DNA of 64,000 nt from positions 62,001 to 126,000 of the forward strand of contig NOWV01000113.1 of assembly GCA_003344405.1 (NCBI GenBank), in the 5' to 3' direction. The notes under the pieces are model-generated. The model had not been told where the DNA came from. It worked only from the letters and a program-made list of their open reading frames with translations, and did not search any database. The stretch's first letter is position 1; every line of letters starts with the position of its first letter. This DNA is from Trichoplax sp. H2. Its lineage: Eukaryota. Below are positions 12,809 through 27,207 of the stretch, piece by piece. A program made the position numbers and the translations under genes.

Positions 12809-14190
12809 CTAATTTAAACTTACATTAACTTCTGTGTCTACGATTTTCTGCTAAAAATTTGAAATTTCTCATAGTTGTATTACTGTTAAATATTTTTACT
12901 CATAGATTTATTTACGTTTGAATGTATTGTAGGTACAGTACTGTGTATACTAATACTGTTCAGTTGTATATAAACGGTATAGTAGTACGATTTATAATCG
13001 AGATTTATTTGCTACAAAGTATTGGTAATAACGTTGTTTAAACATCTTTATGTACAGTGACATATATATTTTTTGACGAAATGTGTGTATAGTTTAATGG
13101 AAAATAATGACGATATATCAGGCACTGGGTTTTATGGTTACCATTGATAAAAAATAAAAATATATCTAGATTTCGAAATAATGGACATGTTTCTATATCG
13201 TTATTCTATTTGACGTATGGAAACACATCATAAAAAAAAATTATTGTCTGTACATATATCATGCTTTTTAAGCCAGATATCGCTTGAGCTATACAAGCCT
13301 AAATTAAATAACTACAAGAATTCCTTTAGGACGCGAACTCTACGCAAGTAAACCGCCTGGTAAGATGTCTACATGCATGCATTAATTAATACAACACCAC
13401 TTTAATCTATTCGTATAGAGAGAGTAGTAAAGGTATTGGACATTGGTGCAATCATTAAATCAGTATACGACCTGCTACTTTATTTTAAGCGCTTGTTATT
13501 TCGCAAGCTTGATATCAACATTTATCAATCTCATTACAATACATTCACATATATTGGATTTAGATTATCAACCTCTTTAATCTACTACAGTTATTCAACT
13601 AATGCTTAATTAATACGACACATTAGCTAATACGCAAAAACAAGGCGATCTGTGTAATTAATAATGCAATAAGCCAAATTTTGTTATCCTACATCAACTG
13701 CTAACTAATTGTAGGTAAACAACGAAAATCGTAGTTGACTTGATAATTACTAATCGATCTTCCTAGGGCAACCATAACCTAATCATCTAGATTATGAAGT
13801 GACTATTTTTAGATCGTGTGAGAATATCTTCAGTTGTTTGCCTTCAATGTTTAGAGGTATTGTTTGACGTTAGAAATGATACCATTATGCAATATATGCC
13901 CTAAAATGTACAATTTTTTTTATCTTAATTTAGATGGTAGCGGTGGATTATAAGGCAAATAAAACATTATAAACAGCTTTGATTCCTTGACTACAGTAGA
14001 GCTAAATATAGATTATACTACGTACAGTACTATAGATTCAATAGAACGAGATGCCGAGTTTGATTACGTATGCATAGCTAATTAGCTTTATTATATTTAG
14101 TATCAGCTTCAACCAATCATATGCCTCGAGTAAATGTATATATATATACCTGGTAGAAAAACATTTTTATCACTAACGATGGCTAAATTC

Positions 14191-14550
14191 AGTCTTCGTC
14201 AAGTACCCTTTCCGCCAGTTAACACTGAATGGAAAGGAGTACTGTCTTGGATTCCGATATGAAACGCTTACTTCGCTTCCTTCGATCGGCCTGGGATTCG
14301 TTCTAATCAATGGTGTATTTTTCGGGTGTTATACAATGTTGTACATTAATCTGTCAATACAACATGGAACAGATCACTGTCCTTTCAATCGGTTGTAGGT
14401 GGCTGCTTCACAGCGATTTCGCCGTCACTCAGCAGAGTGCTAAGAAATAGGAGCAGTTATCCCTATGACCACTCGCTACTATGCTTATCGCTTCGTTGCT
14501 CGCTCTTCTTGTGGCTGTGAAGTTGAGAAGTTTATAGTCGGTGATTGGTC
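14191..14550 (+). ncRNA. Unknown structured non-coding element, copy 1
   Basis: Aligns with copies at 17249-17604 (-) and 18245-18611 (+). Stems show compensatory changes, indels are not multiples of 3, and no ORF is shared. Confidence 0.55.
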
Positions 14551-17248
14551 AATTAGATGAATTGTCTAGCTAATTCCTTTAGCTGATGGCAATTTGAGTT
14601 ATGGTAAGGTAATAGCCGTGCACGATGGATACTAATTAATTTAATTTATTTTGTTGTACAGTAGGCTTTCTAAAGCCAAATGAAGTCAATTTTTTATCTT
14701 TAACCAATATGATCAAAAAACATGATATGTAATGGATGATAATGTGGTAATGTATAATAATAGTAATTTCAATAGATTCAATATGTCTTACATAGAGCAT
14801 TCTGGATATACATTAGCAGTCAAATTGATTTGCCATGGTTCACTGCTGTAACTGTACAATGACAATCTAATTACTCCAAATTAATTCCTTAACAGATATT
14901 TCAGCGACTTACAGTGAAATGTAGGCTATTTTAGGTAGTTATAACTCGTCAATTCTTAAGTAGATCTTCACTATGGTTAAAAGAAGACATATCTTCGTCA
15001 GATTGAATGTATTAATACACACAAGTATATGTCTTAATGCCATTATATATATACTAGTCAATCCTCATGCTCTACACTGTATCGTAATGATAGTTAGCGA
15101 ATAGCAGTCACTTGTAACATTAAGTATTGTGAAATTATTTATTTGCCAAGCTACTATCTTTAATGTAGAATCTTTGTACTATTTTAGTGTGATTTTATAG
15201 CTGTACTATTAACCCGTTTGTCACTTATATAATATAATTGGTCTAATAAAATAGATGCATAAACTTCAAGTCAATCTAATTTTTTTTCCTCATACAGTAT
15301 TAATAACTTGAGGTCTTGAGGTACTACACCTCTTCCAATTTTAAAATCTCTATGTTTAGTGAAATTTTGTTTCATCTTTGAAATTCGTTACCAATAAAAT
15401 AAAAGTTCCTTGCATCGCTTTCATGCATTATTAGTCTTTCCTTTTCTCAGATATTTACAAGAGCTATAAAGTTGAAAGTGTACAATATTATTATTTTAAT
15501 ACTATAGCAGTCTATTATAATACTACAGCTGTGCCACTGATTGGCGATAACTTAATTAAAGGTTAGTTCTGCTATGCTGTTGCCACAGAATTGCTATAAT
15601 ACGCAATACTTTGCGAAATTTAATATATTTAAACATTCTTAAGTTAATCAGTATTAACATTAGAATCAAATTAACTCAGCTTTGTTACCGTATAGTTTAA
15701 GCCAATTTTATAGTTTATCAAATATTCGATACACGAGTATAAAGTCAGTCCATGCGTATATAGCAAAGAAGGTATCATGTTAGTACTTGCATAAAAGCAA
15801 GATTTGAGAAATCAAGCTGTAAAATGTAGTTACATAATGAGACGTTCATAGCAACTTTATACACGCTCACTAACGGAGTCCATTTGATAAAGCTTGCTGT
15901 TGCGTAAAAAATTCACTAATACTGAAAATTTTATGCATTTACAACGTATACTGAACTATTTTATCTGGAAGTACTGTTTTAGATATTTGGATTAAGCTTA
16001 TATTCAAGATCACAGTATTATAATTGTATCAGACCAAAGAGTTGGTCGATCCTGTATTACATGCTGGGTCTGTCATATTACCTTATGCTGATTGAAATCG
16101 CAATGTAATATACTTGAATATGTCTATACGAGTAGTAATGACAATTAAGTATAGCGTACTTATAGATGCTTTTAATTTTTCATTCATTGATATTTGAGGA
16201 TCCTATTACTTCTTGATGAACTGGCTTGCAGCATAATGTTAGTTTTCACAAGTATAGAGGACAATTTTCTGGTTAAAATTAATGAACTTTATTTTTTAAT
16301 TCGTCATCATACACATCAAGATAATAACCGTCTACTCTATATCCAATTAATTACAAACATAAATAATAACAGTATTAAAACTACAGATAATTTTAATCTT
16401 ATAACAAAATATAACAGTACGATCATCTCGCTGACAAGACTACGCTCGTCTGTTTATTCCCGAGAATGTTATGCAATGCAAGGTTAATTTTTGTAAAAAG
16501 ATGTGATGTCATATCAAGGCCGTAGTTATAATATGCTCAGAATAATTATTAATTATTAATTGAGTAACAGAAAAAGAATTCTGCTATTCTATATTTGAAA
16601 CGTACAACAGCTTCCCCTCAGATATCTGCTGCGGCGTTGTAATGTAAAATCTTTCTAGTTCACTATTAATTACTCTGCAGAGGCGATAAGCACAGTATAA
16701 AGTAAGATTGACAGTGAATTAAGTTTTGTGCTGCAAACTAACTGCTATTCAGACATGTAGAATATGAGTGGCATCGACAATGAATTAGTGACTACAAATT
16801 ACGTCGTAACTGCTATTCTCACCAAGCTGATCATTTATTTTCCAAACGCACTAAATAAGTAGGATCGATGTTGAATTAAGTACTACAAATTGCGTTGCAA
16901 GTACTGTACTATTCTCGCTAAACTGGCCGTTCGTTCTTGACAGCGAATTATTTACTGCAAGTTTAATACTATAAACTACATCACAACTACTATTCTTACT
17001 AATATTATCACAGAGGCATTAAAGATCTTTTAAATTTACAATTAAATTATACTGCAACTCATTCCAAAGAAGTATCAGCATATTTACAGCCCAAAAAACT
17101 AATATAAATCATGCTATAATTGACTCTACTTTGGCAAAAGCATTGAATAAATCTTACCATGATACTTACCCATGCTGAAGTTGTTTACTACTGATGCTGT
17201 TTTAGTTGTAAAATCATCAATACTGTATGAACAACTTCAGATTTGATG

Positions 17249-17604
17249 GACCAATCACACTGTCCTTGGCCATTTTGGTTGCTTTAGATCCACATCAAGT
17301 GAATAGCAACCGCATGATAAGTCTAGTAGTAAGTGGTCATAAAGCCAGCCGCTCCTGTTTCTTAGCACTCTTCACGAGAGACGGCGAAATCGCTGCAGAA
17401 GAGCTGTCCTATAATCGGTTGAAAGGTCGATGATCTCCTCCATGGTGTAGCAACAGGCTCAATTCCACCCGCAATAAATACATCATTGATTGGAATTGAA
17501 CATCTACCAATTGAAGGAAGCGTTTGCACGTAATGCTACGGAATCGAAGATAGCACCCTTTTCCAATCGCTACAAGCGAGAGGAAAAGGAGCTTGATGAA
17601 GATG
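17249..17604 (-). ncRNA. Unknown structured non-coding element, copy 2 (most diverged, inverted)
   Basis: The reverse complement carries the shared blocks CAGCGATTTCGCCGTC, GAGTGCTAAGAAA.AGGAGC, GACCACT.CTACTA and GTGATTGGTC, and the same hairpins. Confidence 0.5.
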
Positions 17605-18244
17605 AGAATCAAGCATAATCATCACCGCAATAGCTTTCAAGCAAGGATCTTACATTTGCTTTTATATGAGTACCGATTCGGTCTACTACAATTGTTGAGG
17701 TCACATCCGCCTATGATTGATCCTTTGCTATTATCAGGTCTTTGATTATGTTTATGTTTGTGCAGTACTGTATAATACGATTATCCTAGAGACCCTAGAG
17801 AGAAAGAGACCAGACAAGTCTTTGTTTAAAAAGTTTCCATAATTATTATAATTATAATTCATCGTATGTAAAACGTTCGAAAACGTTTCTACGACGTTGG
17901 CAGATTATTTACGGTGATATACTGATATTAGATGGCCGTTACCATGACAATCGACATTGGTACTACACGATAATAGGTAATCTTTCTAAAAATAGTTCCA
18001 TATATTAGCTTGTCGAATACGATACAATGGATTTATACCACCGTTTAGGCAGTGTTTAGGTGGTTGGTTATTGGCATATAAGAGATCAGGTAGCGGACAA
18101 TACGCTACAGTTGCAATGACATCATCGCCTAAATTTTTCTAAAATTAGCCGAAAATCCTTTCCATCAATGGTTCGGTCGGCATTCAAGAAAGTATAAATG
18201 CAATCAAATTTTCTCGGTTGCTTTACATAACGATGATTGGACTA

Positions 18245-18611
18245 AGTCTTCGTCAAGCACCTTTTCCACCAGTTCAGTCTGAGTGGAAAAGAGTGCTTTC
18301 TTGGATTCCATGGAAACTCTCAATGTGCTTACTTCGCTTACTTCGAAATGACGATGGTTTTCTCTGACGAAGGGTGTATTGCTATCAGTAAGAACTTGCC
18401 TGTTAATACACTCTGGAGTCGATCAAAGTCTTTTCATCCGGTCGAAAGAACCTGCTCCACAGCGATTTCGCCGTCACTCTATGTGGGTGCTAAGAAATAG
18501 GAGCAGTTACTCTGGAGACCACTCGCTACTATATCTTTCACTTCGTTGCTATCCTAAATGTAATATCATTTTAGAGCAATGAAATTGAAAGGTGATAGTC
18601 AGTGATTGGTC
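18245..18611 (+). ncRNA. Unknown structured non-coding element, copy 3
   Basis: Same block order and hairpins as copy 1: AGTCTTCGTCAAG...TCTTGGATTCC...CACAGCGATTTCGCCGTCACTC...GTGCTAAGAAATAGGAGCAGTTA...GACCACTCGCTACTAT...CTTCGTTGCT. Confidence 0.55.
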
Positions 18612-20381
18612 ACTAAAACGGACAGTTGAACGATGATAAAGTAGGTAAGGTATTGTCTAAATTATAGGAAGTTGAGTTTTTGGTTAAAAAATTACTTCAC
18701 TATTGCTAGGATCGATGCCATAGCATTAAAGTAATGCACTAAGTTATAGCTATATAAGAATTCTAGAATTCTCGCATTGCATCTAATACTACAGCCACAA
18801 GACATTAGTCCTCGTCTCTAATACCAAAGTAAAAAGTGTTCTGTCATCTTTATACATATTCGTTATATTTAATAAATTGTTATATAACACCTCAATTGCT
18901 AGTATCCTACTTTTGACGTTACAATGTAGCTTATTCATAGTATTACTGACTATTCTCAATCATAGAGCATCTTCTCCTACTATGATTTCCAACTCTTAAA
19001 AGTAATTTAAGCTCTTTAAATTAGGAATGAAAGTAACTTCGATATTTTCAGTTTTATTTTTGTATCTGCATACTGTATAGGTAGTATTTATTAATAACTT
19101 TACAAATTATCGAGGTATCTCAATGTATAAATTACCGTTGCTTGTCTCTTGAAGAACAATAAAGTATTTGAAAAAAATTTTTATTATCACTGTTTCATTA
19201 ATTGAATTGCTTTTAAATATTTGACGTGACATAAATAAAAGTAGCAAACTGTAGTAGAGTTTAGAGCTACGTAGATAGGTAAAATGATGTATGCTACTAC
19301 AGTCAAAAAACCCTTTGCGACTGAAACAAATTATTGCAGTACTGCAAACTGAAATATCCTACTCGGTTAGAACATGTACTCACCACGAGCATATATTACG
19401 AGCATAGATTTCATTTCTACATACGAGTAAATTGCAAGGATAAATTTTAATGTATATTACCCATAGTATTACTATTCCAAACATGGTCCACTTGCTCTTA
19501 TACATATTTAGGTTCAAGTTAAACTAGTAACCCTTTTAATTTTCAAAAGCTTAACACAAGAATACTAGTATTGGGTTATAATAGAAATGTATATTACTAA
19601 GCTATTTATGTAGAAAAATGCAAAATTTAGTTGGTATAGTAGATACTATTTGGAAGTATTAATCGACTGATAAATCAAAAGAGTAAGCTCATTCTATTAA
19701 AATAAGTTAGGCGTGCAGCTAATCGCATGCATAATGAAAACTCATAGATATAGAGTATTCCTAATTTAGAGGGATACATATCCTGCCGAAATAAAATTTG
19801 GTGAACACTTCGAGAGTTGCTTCCTCCTTCAGGGGTATCATATTCTAATCATAAAAAAATTAACTACATAGAAGAAAAATGTTTTAGACAAAACGTGCAA
19901 AAACTATTCTTTATTTACAATGCGTAAAATACTGCTCAGTACGTAATTTGCGGCTTAGTGATAGCAATACATTTGAGTACGACCACATTTAACTCTCTAT
20001 GCAAATGTAACCTTCAGAAATGAAATAGCTTCCTACTGCTAAAATAGTCCCCTTTGTATAAATTGGCTACAGACTACTATAACTGTACAAGGAGGTCGTT
20101 AACACAAATCTATCGATTTCAATTAGAAAATTTAGTTCGCAAAGGTTTGACAAAATAGTTAACACTTGCCTACAAAGCTAACAGATAATTTGCAAATGAA
20201 ATTCCATCGCTCTTTTTAAACTGTTTAACTACTACTAATTAAATTACATTAAATGTGTAACGTATATTTATATGATATCTAGTCCTCTAATAATGGGTAT
20301 CGATCCATCAAGATATCAAACATTACATGTGGACGACTGTTTAAGATACGATTGTATGTACCATTGATAGTGGTCAACTTT

Positions 20382-23300
20382 TTAATTTGTCGTCACTTTA
20401 AAACTACTAGATGTTCCATGAAAAGGTTGTTTATCGCCCAGTAGCCCTTTACTATGACCAAAATGTTGAATTCTATAGGTACCAGCCGGTGTATCTGGTG
20501 AGATAGTCCAAGTGATTTTGGCTGTACTTGAGGGATCAAGTATGAATGGCTTGTGCCAATAAAATCGTGTATCCCAATCACCATCAGTTAACCGCACATG
20601 CCACTTACCATGCTTGTCTTGCGTTTCAACCGTTAAGAATGTTCCTTCAGTCTTACAGTAGATAAAAAGATGATATCAGAAATTGCCTTCGCGAAGGTCA
20701 TGTGCTTACTTATTAACGCTAACAATTAGAGAAGTTAGCAATTTAACTACTGGTGATTACCATTAAATTGTTTCTGGGATCAGCGGAATAAAATATTACT
20801 TCTACCGTTTCATTCTAAAAGTTCATTAACGACAATATTAGCACATACCATGCAACTTTTATGAGTCGTAGCCTTTATAAATTTTTCTTATGCACATTTA
20901 TTCAAGTTTAGTAACGTACTGTATAGCAATAAAAATTAAAAACTATACTGAGTAGATGTGATGTCTAATTCCCTCTGAAAACTTACAACTTTATACTTGG
21001 ACTTAACATCTTGTTTTACTTGACCAAACTTTTTACCAATCGGGGCTGAATCAAATACAACACCAGGAACAAATGATAGCTGCTTTTTTAACAAATTTGG
21101 TGGAGTCGGTCCAGGCTTAACAGCTTTACCCTACATCACCATGGTATATATTATGTTATGCTATCGAAATGCGAATTTAATTACAGTGATTTCAAGATTA
21201 CTAACACAAAGCATACCTTAACTAAAGCTTGTGATAACTCAACAAACTTAGAGATATAAGCCTGCAAGGTATGAGGTCCATAAATTGTAGAAGCTCCTTC
21301 ATAACGTTGTGCCTAATCATGAATTGCCAAATACAGAACATAAGAATCATTTATTCATTGGCTAACAACGTGTTTATTTTTATAGACTCACATGATATTC
21401 CTCATACGTAGCGATGTAATCTGCATACGTGTTTGACAATCCAGCAATAACAACAGTGGTATCATTACCAAAGTGCGCGTCAACAACCTAACAATAGCAA
21501 AAATTTCATTTAATGATAATATCTATTTAAACATATCAATTTATGTAGCTGTCAAACAGATCTGCTTACTTTATGAACAGCGTCTCTTACTCGTCGACCA
21601 GACATTGTGCTGCATTAAAAAATATTTTTTGAATTATTACTGCTTGTTAGATAAAATGTCAAGCTATTTAAAAAGTTCCATAAAAATGTAGTATTAAATC
21701 ATGATCATTGTATAACCCTTGCTACTTACGTAAATTCCCCTGGAACAGCTACAATAACAAAATTTCCGATTCTTAATACTTGTAAATCCACTATAAAAGG
21801 TTGCCATCGGTAGGGAAATTTAATCTAAAAATGAAAAAAAATAAAATGAAGAAGCTTGCAAAAATCAATAGGGTATGGTGGTCCGTGGAACTTGTGTACC
21901 TCTCCTGTATCCAGTAAAATAGGTTTAGGATGTTGACACGCAATCTGTTCTTTAGATGGTTTTTCTAAAAACTTGACAATAAGGTTCCAAAATTCGTTTC
22001 CAGTTGTGCTGCCTAACCAATGATATTAGCGACTGTTATTAATTGAAAATACTATATAGTCTTTCAATATTTAATAATAAAACTAGCCTTGTTGAAATCC
22101 AAACATTCCTGGTCCATCAGTTGTTCCAGCGGCAAAGCTAAAGCCCATAGCTGGTTTGCAAGTATGAACTTTGGTACCATTCTTTAAAGTTACCGCTACG
22201 TTAGTCATATCGACATACATGTGCCGGAAATCAACAGGCCCTGTTACTTTCTTCTTTGCACCGTCATACAATTCTTTTGCCTTGCTAAACTGATTGCGAC
22301 CAATTATCTCGGTACTTTCAAACATATTTGCACCAGGTCCTCTTCCAATACACTTTGTATCCTAAATTTACATAATAACTCCAGTTTTTAGTTCGAACAT
22401 AAATGAAGTCTCTATTCATACAAAGGCCGAAATGAAATTATGAAATTATAGAATCTGAAATAATGTAAGCTAGCCATTGTTATTTCCAACAGATTTCTTG
22501 ATATTATTACCGAAATAGGACTATTATCAGTTTCGTATTTAATAGAAATTATTTATACATTGCTATTGACTCATGCATCAATTTAACCAAACTTACATCG
22601 CCATTGCAGGTACTGTGATTTTTATTGCAGGGTTTACCGGAATCGATGCAGAAAGGACCGCGAGTATTGGGAGATACATCACCCTCGTTGCTTTGGGCAA
22701 ACGCGGCAACAAAAGATCCCTATAGAAATACATAGTGTATGCTAAACATTTAATATACTGTACTGTATTAGCTATACTTAAGGCATGATCATATATATTG
22801 CACTTGCAACTGCAAATAATATTGATTAGTAGGCAAAGCCGTTAAGACATCAAGAAATTGATTTATAGGCGCTCGTCTGTATAATTCGTTGTACTGTATT
22901 ATCTAATAAATATTAGGCAGCATCCTATCGTACAGTATCAGTAACGCAAACTTTCAATCTTACAAAACTTACTTTCCCGGGGAGAGTACTTTTTCCATTC
23001 ATTTCCTTTTCAAATAAATAGGAGGCATAACCTTTATTGTCACCGCTGACTAATTCGTTTGTATTATTCATACTAGTTCCATGAACTGCAAACCAATTAA
23101 CCATACCAATACCATGGCCTTTAGCATCGGCCATCTTTAGCAAGACCATTTCCTTATCAACGTCATACTTGTATCTATTATAAATAATTATTACCGAATT
23201 ACTACTTAAGTGTCAAGGGATAAGAAATCTTAAACATCATCTTTAAGTAATGAATTATAATCATTACGTAATGGAATTCTAACAGTCTCTTATAAAATAG

Positions 23301-24838
23301 CCTATTCGTGAAGCCGAAAAAATAATTTATTGCAAAGGTGCATCAATGGTATAGAATTCACAGCTAAAAAGTCTTACTTTGCTCTTTCCTTTGGAGGATT
23401 AAATAGATAGGCAGATGGACTTCTATTAATGTTACTATTCAATAGTTGTCCCTGATTGACGAAGATATTGCCAGGCTTTATGTCAGCATGTGCCTTAGCA
23501 ATACTTTCAACAATTCCATCGACGTAAGCAAAGAGTGTTTGATTAATAAAACCTAATGAGGTAATGTCAAATAAAACATATTGGAGGAAACCACCGGGAC
23601 CAGAATGGGTATGGATGCCGCTAATACAAACGTTCTCCTCGGTATACAATTTACCGAAGCGAGCTTTAAGCTTCTTAACTACCTATATGATATTAAAGTT
23701 AACAAAATGACGAAGCTGTTACGTTTAACAAATGTATAATAATAATATCGATTATACAGTATTGCAAAAATATCATGCAGTTATTATATGAATGTTTTAT
23801 TGATTCTTCTCGCGAAGGCTTTCATCGCAACAACTGCTTCTACTTTTACCATGCTTAATAATTTAACTTAATCTACTTCCAGATAATGAAAATATTATCG
23901 TTCTGTGTTAGAGATATGCAAAACTAATAACTATATTATCAGTAGCAATAAATTTATAATCCATCAGCGTATAATGATTATAGTTGCTTACCTCTAGCTT
24001 AACAATTTGATCCACCATACAAGCGTCAATGCTAACAAATACTATTCTACTTTTATTTTGCTTGTCATGTATAATAAAAGCTCGGCTGCGTTGACGGAAA
24101 TGTATACCCTTAGCAGTTTGGGAAGGGTTAGCATAACCCATCTGTTGAAACAATATATGAGTATTGAATTAGATTCACTTGATATTCGAAAAGTAGCATC
24201 AGTAATATAACTAACGAAATAAATATCATTATCAAGGTACTTTAGATAAGATCTGTAAGTAGTGATAGAATATAAGGTAAAAAATGATGAATGCAGAATT
24301 TGAATAAGGATAGAATTCAATGATTTGTTTGTGTGCTGCTTAATAATGTCTAATCTATAGTAGATAGTGACGAGCAGAAGGTATCAGGATACAAACCGTA
24401 TCAATAATTAAGCAGTATCGCACCGTACAGTCTACATTAAAATCAAGTTTTACGTCCTTTTAGCAAATCCTAATGATTGAAACATATACTTGTTCACATC
24501 TATACTTTAATGAATGGAATTAATCAAATTTAAATCAATCGGTCGTTATCACTTGTTATAGCTTCAATAGGATATTATATACTGTATCGTATCCATTTTC
24601 CGTTGCTCGTCACCATCAAGAATTCAGATATTACGTATGATGTTATCCTTCTTAAGTGCATAATAATCACAAGAGTAATCTATCCAATTAATTTAATCTA
24701 TTTTACCATATTAACATCAGCAGCAGGACCAGTAATATCATGGATGCCACTTCCAATAAAATATTCTGTGGATTCGCCTCGGATAAGACCGAGGATCGAT
24801 ATAAAAACTAGAAATGAACAAGCCAACACAGTCTTCAT
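20382..24838 (-). CDS. ASAH2: Neutral ceramidase, multi-exon, with N-terminal signal peptide
   Basis: Motifs MKTVLACSFLVFISILGLIRG..., HDITGPAA, MGYA, IHTHSGPGG, NRSP.AY, WFAVHGTSM, SGDNKGYA, EGDVSPN, AAGTTDGPG, VPGEF, GTYRIQHFG. Confidence 0.95.
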
Positions 24839-24919
24839 CTTGCCAACGATCGTTCGTTTCCACTTTCACGATCTGCAGGAAATGTTATATTACATAATCT
24901 GCATCAACAGTATATGGGG

Positions 24920-25260
24920 TGACGTCTGACGTCACGATACAACAACTGACGCTACCACCAAATGAGCTGATGAACCAGTGACTCAAGAACGTGAACAAAC
25001 TGCACAGTACAGTACAGTAGAGACCCTACAGTATACTGTACTGCACATCCAGCCGATCAAGCCATCGAACATCGACAATCGAGTGATGTAAGCGGACTGA
25101 CGGATCTTGGATGTTAGTCTCGTGATAGTCAGGCCTGTATTATTATTATTTATATATATATTATATATTTATATTATTTATAATTATTGTAGTAACATAC
25201 AGTACAGTATACTGTATAGTGTACTGTAATCCTTATTACAATGTACAGTACTGTAGAAAA
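24920..25260. promoter_or_regulatory. Region upstream of ASAH2 with tandem CRE-like sites and CAGTA/TACTG runs
   Basis: TGACGTCT overlapping a perfect TGACGTCA (24920-24934). CAGTA runs at 25005-25045 and 25195-25255. GAGACCCTA at 25020. Confidence 0.4.
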
Positions 25261-27207
25261 ACGCCAGAATTTATAGAAGTATTTTTGACTTTAAGTGCCA
25301 ATATTAGTAGCTCGAACACATTTTATGTAAATTTAAATTACATATTCGCATAAAGCGTTTTATTTCCAATCTAATGATTCCAAATTTGTCTAATAAGGAC
25401 TTAAAATTATAATTTCGTATAGTTTCAATCACGGGGAAAGACTTATGAGACCCCCTCTGTACATGGTACTCACAGCATAAGAGGTACCACTGTATTGGAA
25501 TATCGGGGATTACAATATTAAACTAAAGAGAAATGGGAGAAACTCTCTTTTCTCTATGGTAGTCTCTGAGAAAGCTGTACTTACTCCACGATACCAATCG
25601 AGACCGTATAAAGTACAGTATATATATATATATATATGTATCTATTTATTAAAGCATTAGGTACCGCTATACCGTAGATGATAGCGGCGGATTTCTGCTA
25701 GTCATTTATAAATTAACTCACTACTAGTCGGGGATTCTAGGTGACGCCTAGTTAGTTATCAATATTAAAAATGTAAACTCAAATCGAAGTTCAGATTTAG
25801 AAACAGTAGCATAATCTGGTAATATGCTATAATTCTACAGTATGACACAATTATAGTAGGCCATTTCCAATCGCTACGCCACGGCCTCCCTTAAAACTCC
25901 TGCCTTCCGATTGTATCGTAGTTTCTGCATCGATGGTCAAGTCACTCGCCATAGCATAGTTGCAAGGTATCGGGTACCGAGTGCGCAATGGATACTGCTG
26001 AAATTGCAATCGCGACTACTGCACATTTCTTTAGTAGTTCCTGACTTTATCAAGGTCAAAAAGTGCTCAAATTTGACGATTTTAGCTGTAAGGCTTAAAT
26101 ACCTTTTAACCTAAATACTCCACACTCTTGCACTGTACTAATCATTTTTCATAATGAGCCAACATAGTATCTGCATTGAATAATAATAATAATAATGAAA
26201 TGGCATACCTATCATACTGCAATAGCATGCTGAAGGAATTCGTCGTCGTTATTGGAATCAGTTAATAATAATAAATTGTAAAGTATCTAGGACACTGGCA
26301 CATTTCATATCCAATAGAACCATTTAGAAGTGTGTGAAAGTAATTGCAGCTGTTAATTTATAAATTGCAATAGTGTTTGCTTGCATCTGCACTTCATGTC
26401 TTAATAGAATAAGATTTTTTCTGCTCCAATGGCATAGAAAAAGTAAGATGTTGACAATATACGTTGTTAATCAATTCTTTCGACTTGAATTGATAATAAA
26501 TTAACAGCATGAGAATCATTAAGATATTGCCACGATACTACTTTGGCGACAGGTTAACTCATCATCATGCACTTCCTCTTCCTCTATTACTATAAATTGC
26601 CAAATGTTCAAATAACGCCATCGACGCAATTTCATCTCAGGATTAAGGCGTGATTAAGTCAACATAATTAAATATTTAAAATAGCTCATCTTTAATTAGA
26701 TACCAGCTACATCTGCTGGTTATACAGTACTGTACAGTGCGGTACTAGGCGAACTCAACGCCAGTTACAGTAATAAAGTGCGGATGTGTACAGGAGTATT
26801 CTGTTAAGAATGTTGTAGTACGTAAAATCGTCGATACATATTATTAAATAGTAATTAATACGAAGGCGAGTCAATATTATAATAAAAGATATACAATAAA
26901 GCCGTAGGCACAAGCTAAAATCTCAACATAAATGTCTGTACCGTTAAACAAACTATTCTATACGTATATGTCGGATACGTGTATGCTAAAATAGTTGGTC
27001 ATTTATATGTGCCTGTTTAAATACACTACAAAGTATCGTATTGAAATACAGTATTAGCACCGGTACTTGAGAAGAAGACAATTTTATTCAATATCGACTT
27101 GAAACAGAAGAAATATTGATTATATTACTGTATATCTGGATAGATTCTTTCCACCAGGAGGAGTTGCAAGGCTATAAATTAGTTTTTCTATTTCAAGCTG
27201 AAGTAAG

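Noticed and set aside
14360-14480. Resemblance of copy 1 to RNase P RNA (GGAACAGATCAC, TTCAAT, GACCACTC) or SRP RNA (GGAGCAG)
   Set aside because: No CR-I/CR-V P4 pairing and no SRP helix-8 GNRA hairpin. The matching words are not all conserved across the three copies.
17227-18582. ORFs 17227-17433, 17409-17612 and 18379-18582 over the repeated element
   Set aside because: Frames, starts and stops are not shared among the copies, and non-triplet indels separate them.
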